Assembly: GCA_965203515.1 (NCBI GenBank)
Contig: OZ241907.1
Location: 989,730 to 1,053,729 of the forward strand
Length of the DNA: 64,000 bases
Direction: 5' to 3'
DNA from: Spirochaetia bacterium
Lineage (GTDB): Bacteria; Spirochaetota; Spirochaetia; SZUA-6; Bin103
Under the pieces are notes generated by a model. It saw nothing but the letters and a program-made list of their open reading frames with translations. It had not been told where the DNA came from and ran no database searches. Positions within the stretch are counted from its first letter, which is position 1. Every line of letters starts with the position of its first letter. The position numbers and the translations under genes were made by a program. Positions 39,601 through 49,524 of this stretch are shown piece by piece.

Positions 39601-40676
39601 GAGAAATCCCCCGGCCTCATTGAAGCGCCTTGTCGCCCTTGGCCTTGTCGCCGTCCGCAGACCCCTGCAAGTTTCCGGGGGAGAAATCCCCCGGCCTCAT
39701 TGAAGCGCGGCCGACCTTCCGGCCCTCCTGGAAGAGCTTGTTGAGTTTCCGGGGGAGAAATCCCCCGGCCTCATTGAAGCGCGGCGATCGGCGTGTCGTC
39801 GTCGAGCGAGGCCAAAGGGGTTTCCGGGGGAGAAATCCCCCGGCCTCATTGAAGCAGAGGAATCAACTTTATAGACCAAAGGAGAAACAGAAGTTTCCGG
39901 GGGAGAAATCCCCCGGCCTCATTGAAGCGAGGCCAGGCGGCAGCCGTCACGAACATCAACCAAGGCGCGTTTCCGGGGGAGAAATCCCCCGGCCTCATTG
40001 AAGCTTACGCACGAAGGCTGATTTGTCAGTCGGGGAGCCGGGTTTCCGGGGGAGAAATCCCCCGGCCTCATTGAAGCGGAGACGGTCAAGGGTAGGAGCC
40101 GCCCGTAGCCCGGTACGGTTTCCGGGGGAGAAATCCCCCGGCCTCATTGAAGCACACAAACGGTGAAAAGTGATAGGATGACAGTATGAGTTTCCGGGGG
40201 AGAAATCCCCCGGCCTCATTGAAGCAAGGCTGACGGAACGCAGGGGCACAGCTTGTTCAATGCGTTTCCGGGGGAGAAATCCCCCGGCCTCATTGAAGCC
40301 TGAATGCCTCTGCTGCACGTTGACGAAGTTTCCGAGTTTCCGGGGGAGAAATCCCCCGGCCTCATTGAAGCGTCGGCCGTCGGCCGTCCACGCCGGCGGC
40401 GTGCTGCTAGTTTCCGGGGGAGAAATCCCCCGGCCTCATTGAAGCGTCGCCGCCTGCGACGTGGAGTTGACCGACGACGGCACGGACGTTTCCGGGGGAG
40501 AAATCCCCCGGCCTCATTGAAGCGTCAACGTGCGCGGCGGACACGAGCTCGTAGGCCTGTTTCCGGGGGAGAAATCCCCCGGCCTCATTGAAGCAACAAA
40601 TACGACGAGACGAACGGAGCCCCGATCTTCGGGATCGACAGTTTCCGGGGGAGAAATCCCCCGGCCTCATTGAAGC
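36611..40676 (+). CRISPR. CRISPR array, leader-proximal part: about 55 repeats of GTTTCCGGGGGAGAAATCCCCCGGCCTCATTGAAGC (36 nt)
   Basis: Perfect 36-nt repeats with 35-45 nt unique spacers (period about 72-76). The repeat has an internal hairpin CCGGGGGA-GAAA-TCCCCCGG and ends ATTGAAGC. Confidence 0.97.
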
Positions 40677-40786
40677 TGCAACAACGTGGTCGTCACGGCG
40701 ACTAACAATGAGGGGCTTCCGGGTTTCGTGTGGGTAGGGCGCCCTGACGGTGGCGGTGGCGCCGCCAGCAAGGCTACGCTGGCGCC

Positions 40787-41752
40787 ATGCGTGACAAGGA
40801 ACTGTACGGCAGGATTCTGGGCGTCGAGGCACCGTGGCGAGTGGCCGACGTCGAACTGAACCTTCAGCAGGGCGAGATCGTGGTCCACGTCGAGCACGGC
40901 GGGCCGCTCACCTGCCCGCGCTGCGGCCAAGCCGCGCGCCGCTACGACAGCAGGCAACGGCGGTGGCGCCATCTGGACACCTGCCAGTACCGCACGGTTC
41001 TGGCCGCCGACGTACCGCGGTCTCAGTGCCGGCAGCACGGGGTCAAGCAGATCGAGGTGCCGTGGAGCGAAGGCCGCTCGCGGCTGACCGCGCTGTGCGA
41101 GGCGGTCGTGATCGACTGGCTGCAGCACGCCACGATCGCGGCGGTGGCGCAGCAGATGCGGCTCAGCTGGGACGAGGTCGACGGAGTGATGCAGCGCGCG
41201 GTGCACCGCGGCTTACAGCGGCGCGAGGTGCAGCTGCCGCCGCGGATCGGCGTGGACGAGACGTCGTTTCAGAAGCGCCATGAGTACGTGACGGTGATCA
41301 ACGATCTGGACGGGCACGTCGTGCACGTGGCCGATGGCCGCCGCAAGGAGGTGTTGGAGGAGTTCTACCAGCAGTTTGACCATGAGCAGTTGGCTGCTGT
41401 CGAGACGGTCGCCATGGACATGTGGGAGCCGTACATCATCGCGACCGCCGCCTACGTGCCGGACGCGGAGCTCAAGATCGCGTTCGACAAGTTTCACGTC
41501 GCCCGGCACCTCGGCAACGCCGTTGACCAGGTACGGCGAGCCGAGAGCCGCCGGCTGGCCGGCAGCGGTGATGATCGGCTGAAGGGCAGCCGCTATGCGT
41601 GGCTGACCAACCCCGAGCACATGGATGCCGAGCGTTGGCGGCAGTTCGCTGACTTGCGGGACAGCGCGCTGCAGACCGCGCGCGCCTGGGGCTACAAGGA
41701 ACATGCGATGACGCTGTGGAAGTACCGCTCTCGCGGGTGGGCGTGGAGTTGA
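40787..41752 (+). pseudogene. ISL3-family transposase, N-terminal portion (interrupted by IS3 insertion)
   Basis: 322 aa with a zinc-finger-like N-terminus (CPRCGQ) and the ISL3 DDE region; ends ...LWKYRSRGWA where the nested IS begins. Confidence 0.8.
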
Positions 41753-43063
41753 CCCGCTTTCGTGGACACATCAAGAGTGAGGACGAGAGGAGGGAATACG
41801 ATGGCGAGAACGCATCAAGCGTATCCACAGGAGTACCGCCAGCAGATGGTCGAGCTGATCCGTGCCGGCCGCACGCCGGAGGACCTGGCGCAGGAGTTTG
41901 AGCCGTCTGCCGGCTCGATCCGCAACTGGGTCGCGCAGGACGAGCGCGACGCCGGGCAGCGCAGCGACGGGCTCATCGGTGAGGAACGTCAGGAGTTGCG
42001 CCGCCTGCGCCGCGAGAACAAGCAGCTACGGATCGAGCGTGACATCTTAAAAAAGCAGCGGCTTGGTTCGCACGGGAGAGCGACTCGATCCCGGAGCGGG
42101 ATTCCGGTTCGTGAAGGCGAATCAGGCCACGTGGCCGGTGCGCACCCTCTGCCAGGTGCTGGGTCTCTCCCCCAGCGGCTACTACGCATGGGTGCGCCGC
42201 AGGCCGTCGGCGCGAGCGCGGCGGGACGCGCAGTTGATGGGGCGCATCAAGGAGGTCTGGACCGCCAACCGCGAGGTGTACGGCCGGCTGCGGATACACG
42301 CGGAGTTGCAGGCAGCCGGCGAACGGGTCAGCGCGAAGCGGGTCGGGCGACTGATGCGGCGCGCCGGGATCGCGGGGGTGAGCCGCCGGCGTACGACGCG
42401 CACGACTACGCGCGAGCAGCGAGCGGAGCGGGTAGCCCCAGACTTGGTAGAGCGGAACTTCGCGGCGACCGAGGCGGATCGGTTGTGGGTGGCCGATATC
42501 ACCTATGTGACGACGTGGGCGGGATTTCTGTACGTGGCGGTGGTGCTTGATGCGTGGAGTCGGCGCGTGGTCGGCTGGTCGATGGCCGCGCACCTGCGGA
42601 CCGAACTGGTCCTGGATGCGCTGAACATGGCGATCTGGCGGCGTCGGCCGCAGGGCGTGGTGCACCACAGCGACCAGGGCGCGCAGTACACGTCGATCGC
42701 CTTCGGGCAGCGGTGCCGGCAGGCCGGAGTGAGACCGTCGACCGGCTCGGTGGGCGATGCGTATGACAACGCGCTGTGCGAGAGCTTCTTTGCGACGCTG
42801 GAGTGCGAGTTACTGGATCGTCACCGGTTCGGCGGTCGGGCCGAAGCGCGCATGGCGGTATTCGAGTTCATCGAGGGGTTCTACAACCGGCGCCGGCGCC
42901 ACTCGGCACTGGGCTACCGGTCGCCGGTTGCCTTCGAGGCCGACGAAGCCGAGGCAGCAGCATGACGATCGGCTTGACGGCCAACGCCATCGCGAGGACT
43001 GTTCCTCTGCGACGGGGTTGTGCACATCAGAGGTTACCCGTCCACCAAACCGGGACAACTCCA
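41744..43063 (+). mobile_element. IS3-family insertion sequence nested inside the ISL3 transposase gene
   Basis: About 1320 bp. Terminal inverted repeats TGGAGTTGACCCGCTTTCGTGGAC at 41744 and GTCCACCAAACCGGGACAACTCCA ending at 43063 (19/23 matches), starting TG and ending CA. Likely 3-bp GCG duplication. Removing it restores the ISL3 reading frame (RGWA-RKAWQAWY). Confidence 0.7.
41801..42965 (+). CDS. IS3-family transposase OrfA/OrfB with programmed -1 frameshift
   Basis: OrfA (MARTHQAYPQEYRQQMVELIRAG, HTH) to about 42060; slippery A-AAA-AAG at about 42045. OrfB in the -1 frame (42063-42965) carries an rve DDE integrase core (WVADITYV ... HSDQGAQYTS ... ESFFATLECE). Confidence 0.85.
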
Positions 43064-43361
43064 GGCGCGCAAGGCGTGGCAGGCGTGGTACCGGTCGGCG
43101 ATCCGGTGTCGTCTGGAGCCGGTCAAGCGGGTAGCGCGGATGGTCAAGCGTCATCTGGAAGGGATCGTGACGGCGGTGGTGCAGGGGGTGAGCAACGCGC
43201 GGGCGGAGTCGATCAACGCGGGGGTGCAGAGGTTGAAGTACGCAGCGCGCGGCTTTCGCAACCGGCAGAGGTTCCGCAACGCCATCTACTTTCACCTCGG
43301 CGGCCTTGACCTCTACCCTGCCGGTGTCGGCCGTGACCACCTCGTCCACACGAAAGCCTGA
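43020..43361 (+). pseudogene. ISL3-family transposase, C-terminal portion
   Basis: QARKAWQAWYRSAIRCRLEPVKRVARMVKRHLEGI...AAR GFRNRQRFRNAIYFHLGGLDL matches ISL3 transposase C-termini. Confidence 0.8.
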
Positions 43362-43379
43362 AGACCCAACAATGATTGG

Positions 43380-46096
43380 GTTTCCGGGGGAGAAATCCCC
43401 CGGCCTCATTGAAGCATCTGGCGGCTCGGCTACCGCTTCACGGTCTGCACGCCGTCCAGTTTCCGGGGGAGAAATCCCCCGGCCTCATTGAAGCAGGCCG
43501 GTCCCACGATGCGGTTCAGCGTCTTGTAGAGTTTCCGGGGGAGAAATCCCCCGGCCTCATTGAAGCGACGTCGTGCAGCGGGGCGCTGACGCCGAAGTAG
43601 CTGAGCCCCGGCAGTTTCCGGGGGAGAAATCCCCCGGCCTCATTGAAGCGACCTGGCTGCGGTGACGGGCTGCCCGACCTGGAGAGGGTTTCCGGGGGAG
43701 AAATCCCCCGGCCTCATTGAAGCTGTTGCAAAGACTCGATATGCATTCGGTAGTTGCGCATGTTTCCGGGGGAGAAATCCCCCGGCCTCATTGAAGCTTT
43801 ACCGCCGATCTGTGTCTTGTACTCGGCCGCGGACCGGGTTTCCGGGGGAGAAATCACCCGGCCTCATTGAAGCGAAATTCATCGACCTGACGCGAGAATT
43901 CATCCAGGACGGTTTCCGGGGGAGAAATCCCCCGGCCTCATTGAAGCCCTCCTATCGTGGTCGCATATTCCGCGGCCGAGCGGTTTCCGGGGGAGAAATC
44001 CCCCGGCCTCATTGAAGCAAGGTCATGCGGCCGTCGCCGGGACCCCATGTATCGCGTTTCCGGGGGAGAAATCCCCCGGCCTCATTGAAGCGCACGCCGC
44101 GCGGCTCGCTGCCGTGGGACCGCGAGGCGGTTTCCGGGGGAGAAATCCCCCGGCCTCATTGAAGCACTGCTTTGCCGATGAACGACTCGTCCCACTTGGC
44201 TTTGAGTTTCCGGGGGAGAATCCCCCGGCCTCATTGAAGCCCTTCGAGCTTGACCTTCACCGTCTCCCCCTCCTTCGAGTTTCCGGGGGAGAAATCCCCC
44301 GGCCTCATTGAAGCATGGCGGGGCCGGATGCCGGCGACGGCGAGGATCAGGACGATGTTTCCGGGGGAGAAATCCCCCGGCCTCATTGAAGCTTTGCGCA
44401 ACCGCTTGACGCTCGTAAAGCGCCTACCTTGTTTCCGGGGGAGAAATCCCCCGGCCTCATTGAAGCCGCTGTCCCCGGTGGTGCGGTCGCGCCTGGTCGC
44501 CCACGTTTCCGGGGGAGAAATCCCCCGGCCTCATTGAAGCAATGGTTTGTTCAATGGTGGACGCTGGTTTCCGGGGGAGAAATCCCCCGGCCTCATTGAA
44601 GCATGCAGGCCGTCGCCGCCACGACGACGATCGACGACGTGGGTTTCCGGGGGAGAAATCCCCCGGCCTCATTGAAGCCGGTTGCCAGCGGCAAACTGCA
44701 CCGCCACCGCACGTTTCCGGGGGAGAAATCCCCCGGCCTCATTGAAGCATCACCCGGTAGTCCGCCTCGATCTGCCGCCGCACGGCGTTTCCGGGGGAGA
44801 AATCCCCCGGCCTCATTGAAGCATGCACTCCTCGATCAGCTTGTGCGCCACCTGCAGCCGCTCGTTTCCGGGGGAGAAATCCCCCGGCCTCATTGAAGCG
44901 TCTGTGCCGAGCGGTCGGAAGACGATGATCCACGGCTGTTTCCGGGGGAGAAATCCCCCGGCCTCATTGAAGCGCCGCGCCGATCTTCGCGTCGGTGATT
45001 GCGGCCACTGCCAAGTTTCCGGGGGAGAAATCCCCCGGCCTCATTGAAGCGTCTGTGCCGAGCGGTCGGAAGACGATGATCCACGGCTGTTTCCGGGGGA
45101 GAAATCCCCCGGCCTCATTGAAGCGAGGCGGCGGCGAAGTCCACCCCCGACGCCTCCAGGCTGTTTCCGGGGGAGAAATCCCCCGGCCTCATTGAAGCAT
45201 CGGGGAAGTGAGGGCCGGCAAGCGGCGGGGCGTGGTGCGTTTCCGGGGGAGAAATCCCCCGGCCTCATTGAAGCAACTCCGCCTCGGCGCCGTGAAGCGC
45301 GCCCTTGGCCTTGTCGGCGTTTCCGGGGGAGAATCCCCCGGCCTCATTGAAGCGGATCGTCCCAGGCGCCGGTCTGCCCCTCGATGCCGAAGTTTCCGGG
45401 GGAGAAATCCCCCGGCCTCATTGAAGCAGCATGGCAGCCGTGATCCTGTCTACCTTCACAGCCGCGGTTTCCGGGGGAGAAATCCCCCGGCCTCATTGAA
45501 GCGCGCCCGGCACGTGGCGCGCGCGCACCGGACAGGCGACAGTTTCCGGGGGAGAAATCCCCCGGCCTCATTGAAGCTAGCGCCCCGGGGTCCGCCGGCG
45601 CTGGATCGACGCCCCGTTTCCGGGGGAGAAATCCCCCGGCCTCATTGAAGCGTGGTCGAGAGACTGGCGCCGGACGCCACCCGCCCCTTGTTTCCGGGGG
45701 AGAAATCCCCCGGCCTCATTGAAGCGTCGGCTGGCCGTGGACGTGAGCCGGCATCTCGCTGGAGGTTTCCGGGGGAGAAATCCCCCGGCCTCATTGAAGC
45801 GATGTCTGACCCGGCGGCGCCGCCGGACCCTCTGACCGTTTCCGGGGGAGAAATCCCCCGGCCTCATTGAAGCACTTCCGATACGCCGTCGACCGAACGC
45901 GGCCGTGGAAGTTTCCGGGGGAGAAATCCCCCGGCCTCATTGAAGCCTGTCCGATGCGGTGGCATCGGTCTTCGGCCTGGGACATGTTTCCGGGGGAGAA
46001 ATCCCCCGGCCTCATTGAAGCGGTCCGAGGCTGTGCATGCTCCCGCGGCGGCCCACGTCGGTTTCCGGGGGAGAAATCCCCCGGCCTCATTGAAGC
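43380..46096 (+). CRISPR. CRISPR array, leader-distal part: about 37 repeats of the same 36-nt unit
   Basis: Same repeat as at 36611-40676. Degenerate variants at about 43838 (CACCCGG), 44206 and 45319 (35 nt, one A lost). A duplicated spacer at about 44900-44937 and 45051-45088. Array ends at about 46096. Confidence 0.97.
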
Positions 46097-46213
46097 TCGG
46101 CTGGCCGACGATGATCTCGGGGACGACTCAGACCTCGTGTCACTCCGCCAATGGCCGTATGCGGAGTTCTTGCCGATCGCGCTGCAGTTCGATATGCTGT
46201 TCGAGCGGGTCGG

Positions 46214-46450
46214 ATGGCTGAAGAGAACGTAGACAGCGACTACCACGGGCGCCCCTATCGCCGCCGCCGCCGCCCCACCCTCGAGGAGCTCCTGCAGCAG
46301 CCCCTGCCGCCGGAGCATTGGGACTTGATGGTGCGGCGGCCGGACGGCAGCTTGGCCGTCCACGCCCGCGGCGGCTGGTATGTCTTCGACGAGGAACAGG
46401 CGCAGCCGGACTTCGACCGCCCGATAAGTCGCCCAAAGCCCTTCAAGTAG
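46214..46450 (+). CDS. hypothetical small protein
   Basis: 78-aa ORF (MAEENVDSDYHGRPYRRRRR...) followed by a strong hairpin; no family recognised. Confidence 0.25.
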   Translation: MAEENVDSDYHGRPYRRRRRPTLEELLQQPLPPEHWDLMVRRPDGSLAVHARGGWYVFDEEQAQPDFDRPISRPKPFK

Positions 46451-46465
46451 CGTATGAGAGCCGAT

Positions 46466-46506
46466 GCCGTGTCGGGGGAGAGGACCGGCTGCCGGCTCTC
46501 CCCCCG
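46466..46506 (+). terminator. GC-rich stem-loop (TCGGGGGAGAG-loop-CTCTCCCCCGA), terminator-like
   Basis: 11-bp perfect stem read directly in the sequence; no U-tract, as is common in high-GC genomes. Confidence 0.3.
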
Positions 46507-46829
46507 ACGTTCCCTACGCGCCGCGGCCCTCCTTGGCGCGGCGCACCTCGGCGGCCACGCGGGCAGTGGTCTCATGCACATGCGCGCGCGAGCGCCTCGC
46601 GGGCGGTGGCAGGGCCGTAGGCATCTGCCTCGATGACGGCGTGCGCGGCCAGGTCCTCGGCGCGGTCCCGTTCGCCGCGGGAGGCCGCCTCGCGGGCGGC
46701 GCGGACATAGTCGGCGGCGATGCCGCCGATGCACACGTGCCCGGGGCGGCCTTGTGGTAAGCAAGTGAGCAGGTAGGCAAGGTGCCTTGATTTCGGCCGG
46801 CACGATCGGCCGATCCAGCCACCAGATCC

Positions 46830-46930
46830 CACCGGCGACATCAGAAAATCGGACTTCCGTGCTGCAGGCTCAGTTCGACTTCGGGTCCGACTGCCGAAGG
46901 GCCATTGACCTAGGTTGAAGGTTTGGGGTA
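46830..46930 (+). pseudogene. possible remnant of a higA-like gene C-terminus
   Basis: CTGCAGGCTCAGTTCGACTT (about 20 nt) is identical to the 3' end of higA at 26896-26915. Local translation reads ...LQAQFDFGSD...*. Confidence 0.3.
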
Positions 46931-46965
46931 TGTTCCGGGCAGTCGAGAGGGTAGGAACGTAAACC

Positions 46966-47598
46966 ATGACCACCGCCGAACCTGCGCTGGCAGCGCCGAC
47001 CTCCCAGGAGGCGCTGAACGCTCTGGTGCGCGACATCTTGCCGCCACAAGGCGCCTGGAGCGAGTCTGCTTATCTGTGGCTCACCGACCACGGCAATCGT
47101 CTGATCGAGTTCACTGACGGCCACGTACAGGAATTGCCGATGCCCACCTTCGAGCACCAGGCCGTGCTTCTGTTCCTCTACGGCCTGTTCCACGGCTACC
47201 TCCAGCCGCGCGGCGGCGTCGTGATGGTCGCTCCGTTGCGCATGCGCATCCGCGCCGGCAAGTTTCGCGAGCCCGATCTTCTGCTGCTGCGAAATCGTGC
47301 GGATCCGCGCTGCCGGAGTCCCTACTGGCTTGGGGCGGACTTGGTGGCGGAGGTGGTCAGTCCGGACGATCCTGCTCGGGACCTGGTGGAGAAACGCATG
47401 GACTACGCGGAGGCGGGCATCGCCGAGTACTGGATCGCCGACCCGCGCGCTGAGACGATCGGGGTGCTCACGCTGCAGGACGGCGCGTACGTCGAGCATG
47501 GCGTGTACCGGCGCGGAGCAACGGCGCGGTCGCCGCTGCTCCCCGACCTGGTCGCCGACGTGGCGGCATGTTTTGACGCCCCGACGGTCGGAGCTTGA
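46966..47598 (+). CDS. Uma2-family (DUF820) endonuclease
   Basis: Uma2-like motifs (PDLLLL..., EVVSPDD ... EYWIAD); promoter-like TTGACC-18-TATGTT at about 46900-46930. Confidence 0.75.
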   Translation: MTTAEPALAAPTSQEALNALVRDILPPQGAWSESAYLWLTDHGNRLIEFTDGHVQELPMPTFEHQAVLLFLYGLFHGYLQPRGGVVMVAPLRMRIRAGKFREPDLLLLRNRADPRCRSPYWLGADLVAEVVSPDDPARDLVEKRMDYAEAGIAEYWIADPRAETIGVLTLQDGAYVEHGVYRRGATARSPLLPDLVADVAACFDAPTVGA

Positions 47599-47611
47599 AT
47601 GCGACGTGCCC

Positions 47612-48049
47612 TCAGTTCGACGGCTCCTCGGCGCCGGAGATATAGATTCGGAAATGGTGGTCACGTGCGGGTCCGCATGAGTTGGCGTTGAAAAATCTGC
47701 AATAGACCGTTATACGGCTGTCTTCGATAGTGTAGTCGATGAGCGCGGGGAGGCTCACATCGGTAAAATAGATGGTCCATGGAGCTGAAAACCAAATCCG
47801 TTTATCCGCGCTCACCTCGACGCGCACCAGGCGGTCCTCGTCCACGGTCGGAGGGAGCTTCTTGCCGGCGTATAGTTCTTGTCCCGTGACGCGGTAGGGG
47901 CCAAGCTCCTGCAGCGCGTGGGAGTGCGCCGGAGCGGTATCGTGGGTGTGCTCCGGCACCGTGGTCGGACTGTTCTGGCACGCCACCGTCCCGGTCAGCA
48001 GCAGCGCCGCGGCGATCATCGAACCGAACGTCGTGGACTTCATGCCCAC
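47612..48049 (-). CDS. hypothetical lipoprotein
   Basis: Signal peptide with lipobox LLTGTVAC; lower-GC region. Confidence 0.5.
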   Translation of the reverse strand: MGMKSTTFGSMIAAALLLTGTVACQNSPTTVPEHTHDTAPAHSHALQELGPYRVTGQELYAGKKLPPTVDEDRLVRVEVSADKRIWFSAPWTIYFTDVSLPALIDYTIEDSRITVYCRFFNANSCGPARDHHFRIYISGAEEPSN

Positions 48050-48223
48050 CTCCTGGCCTGTCTTGTCATGCGCCCGCGGCCAATCGGGTCACGATGCCAC
48101 GACGCCGGCGACGGCCGGCGTTTCGACTACGCTGATGCGGCAGCGTCGCATGGCCGCGGCGCCGCGCGCAACCGCCGCCGTCCGCGCTTTCCGCATCGAC
48201 CGGTTATCGGCCATCATCACGAC

Positions 48224-49504
48224 ATGAGAAATCCTGGAATCGCCGTCCGGGGCGCCGTCGCGCTGGTCGCGGCGCTGGCGGCCGCAGCCCTGGCCGCGGC
48301 GGCGCCGGCAGGGCGCGCCGCCGGCTTCGACACCGGCGGCGCGCGGCGGTTCGATGAGGTGCGCGCGCTCTGGGTGGTCCGCTACGCGCTCTCCAGACCC
48401 GAAGCGGTGCGGGCGATGGTGGCGGAGGCGGCCGGCAGCGGCTTCAACACGTTGCTGGTGCAGGTGCGCGGCCGCGGAGACGCTCTGTACGCGTCGAGTC
48501 TGGAGCCACGCGCCGAGCTGCTGGCCAACGCCCCCCCGTTCGATCCGCTGCAGATCGTCATCGACGAAGCGCACGCGCGCGGCATGGCCGTGCACGCGTG
48601 GGTGAACACGCACCTGATCTGGGGGCCGGTCGACCCGCCGCGCAGCCCTGCGCATCTGGTGAACACCGATCCCGACTGGCTGGCGGTGCCGCGCAGCCTT
48701 GGCCGCGATCTGTACGACCGCGACCCGCGCGACCCCGCCTACCTGCGGCTCCTCATCCGGCACGCCAGAGCCAACACGGCCCGGTTCGAGGGGCTGTACA
48801 CCAGCCCTTCGCATCCGCAGGTGCACGAGCGGGTGGAGGCGGTGTGGATCGAACTGACCACCCGGTACGACCTGGACGGCATCCACTTCGACTACGTGCG
48901 GCTGCCGTCCCCGGAGTTCGACTACTCGCGCGGCGCGCTCGACCGGTTCCGCGCGTGGGTCAGGCCGCTCGTGCCGGCCGAGCGCTACGCCGACCTGACC
49001 GCGGCGTCCGCAAGCGACCCGTACGCGCTGGCCGACGCGCTGGGCGATCTCTGGGACCAGTTCCGGCGCGAGCAGGTCTCGGCGTTGGTGCGGCGCGTCT
49101 ACCGCTCCGTCAAGGAGGTGTGCCCCGATCTGATCGTCTCCGCGGCGGTCAAGGCCGACCCGCAGCACGCTCGCACGTACTACTTTCAGTCGTGGTGGGG
49201 ATGGTTGGCCGACGGCATCCTGGACGTGGCGGTGCCGATGGCGTACACGACCGATCCGGATCTCTTCACCGGCTGGGTCGACGTGGCGCGCGTGTCGGCC
49301 CCGGCGCGCGAGCGGGTCTGGATCGGCGTCGGCGCCTACAAGAACCCGGTCGACGCGACGTTGTGGCAGATCGAGCACGCCCGCGCGCAGGACGTCGGAG
49401 GCGTCGTCGTATTCGCCTACGACGCGGCCGCCAGCACGCCGGCGGAGGAGGGCGCCCCCACGCCGCTGCAGCGCATCGGCCGCGCGGCGTTCGGGCCGTC
49501 GTAG
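48224..49504 (+). CDS. glycoside-hydrolase-like family 10 (GHL10/DUF187-type) protein
   Basis: Signal peptide; motifs GFNTLLVQVR...DALY and DEAHARGMAVHAWVN typical of GHL10 TIM-barrel proteins. ATG MRNPGIAV at 48224. Confidence 0.65.
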   Translation: MRNPGIAVRGAVALVAALAAAALAAAAPAGRAAGFDTGGARRFDEVRALWVVRYALSRPEAVRAMVAEAAGSGFNTLLVQVRGRGDALYASSLEPRAELLANAPPFDPLQIVIDEAHARGMAVHAWVNTHLIWGPVDPPRSPAHLVNTDPDWLAVPRSLGRDLYDRDPRDPAYLRLLIRHARANTARFEGLYTSPSHPQVHERVEAVWIELTTRYDLDGIHFDYVRLPSPEFDYSRGALDRFRAWVRPLVPAERYADLTAASASDPYALADALGDLWDQFRREQVSALVRRVYRSVKEVCPDLIVSAAVKADPQHARTYYFQSWWGWLADGILDVAVPMAYTTDPDLFTGWVDVARVSAPARERVWIGVGAYKNPVDATLWQIEHARAQDVGGVVVFAYDAAASTPAEEGAPTPLQRIGRAAFGPS

Positions 49505-49524
49505 GCTCGGAACGAATCGGCGGC

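Larger units (their letters stand above)
40712..43367 (+). mobile_element. ISL3-family insertion sequence, inactivated by a nested IS, inserted into a CRISPR spacer
   Basis: Imperfect 22-bp terminal inverted repeats: GGGGCTTCCGGGTTTCGTGTGG at 40712 and CCACACGAAAGCCTGAAGACCC at 43346. Flanked by an 8-bp direct duplication AACAATGA at 40704-40711 and 43368-43375. Transposase ORF is split at 40787-41752 and 43020-43361. Confidence 0.8.

Noticed and set aside
43380-46096. Treating the second repeat block as an independent CRISPR array
   Set aside because: It has an identical repeat and no second leader. The IS target-site duplication reconstructs a single spacer, so this is one array split by the insertion.
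36491-46363. Dozens of 60-190-aa ORFs whose translations repeat FPGEKSPGLIEA, FRGRNPPASLK or MRPGDFSPGN
   Set aside because: They are translations of the CRISPR repeat in different frames and strands, not genes.
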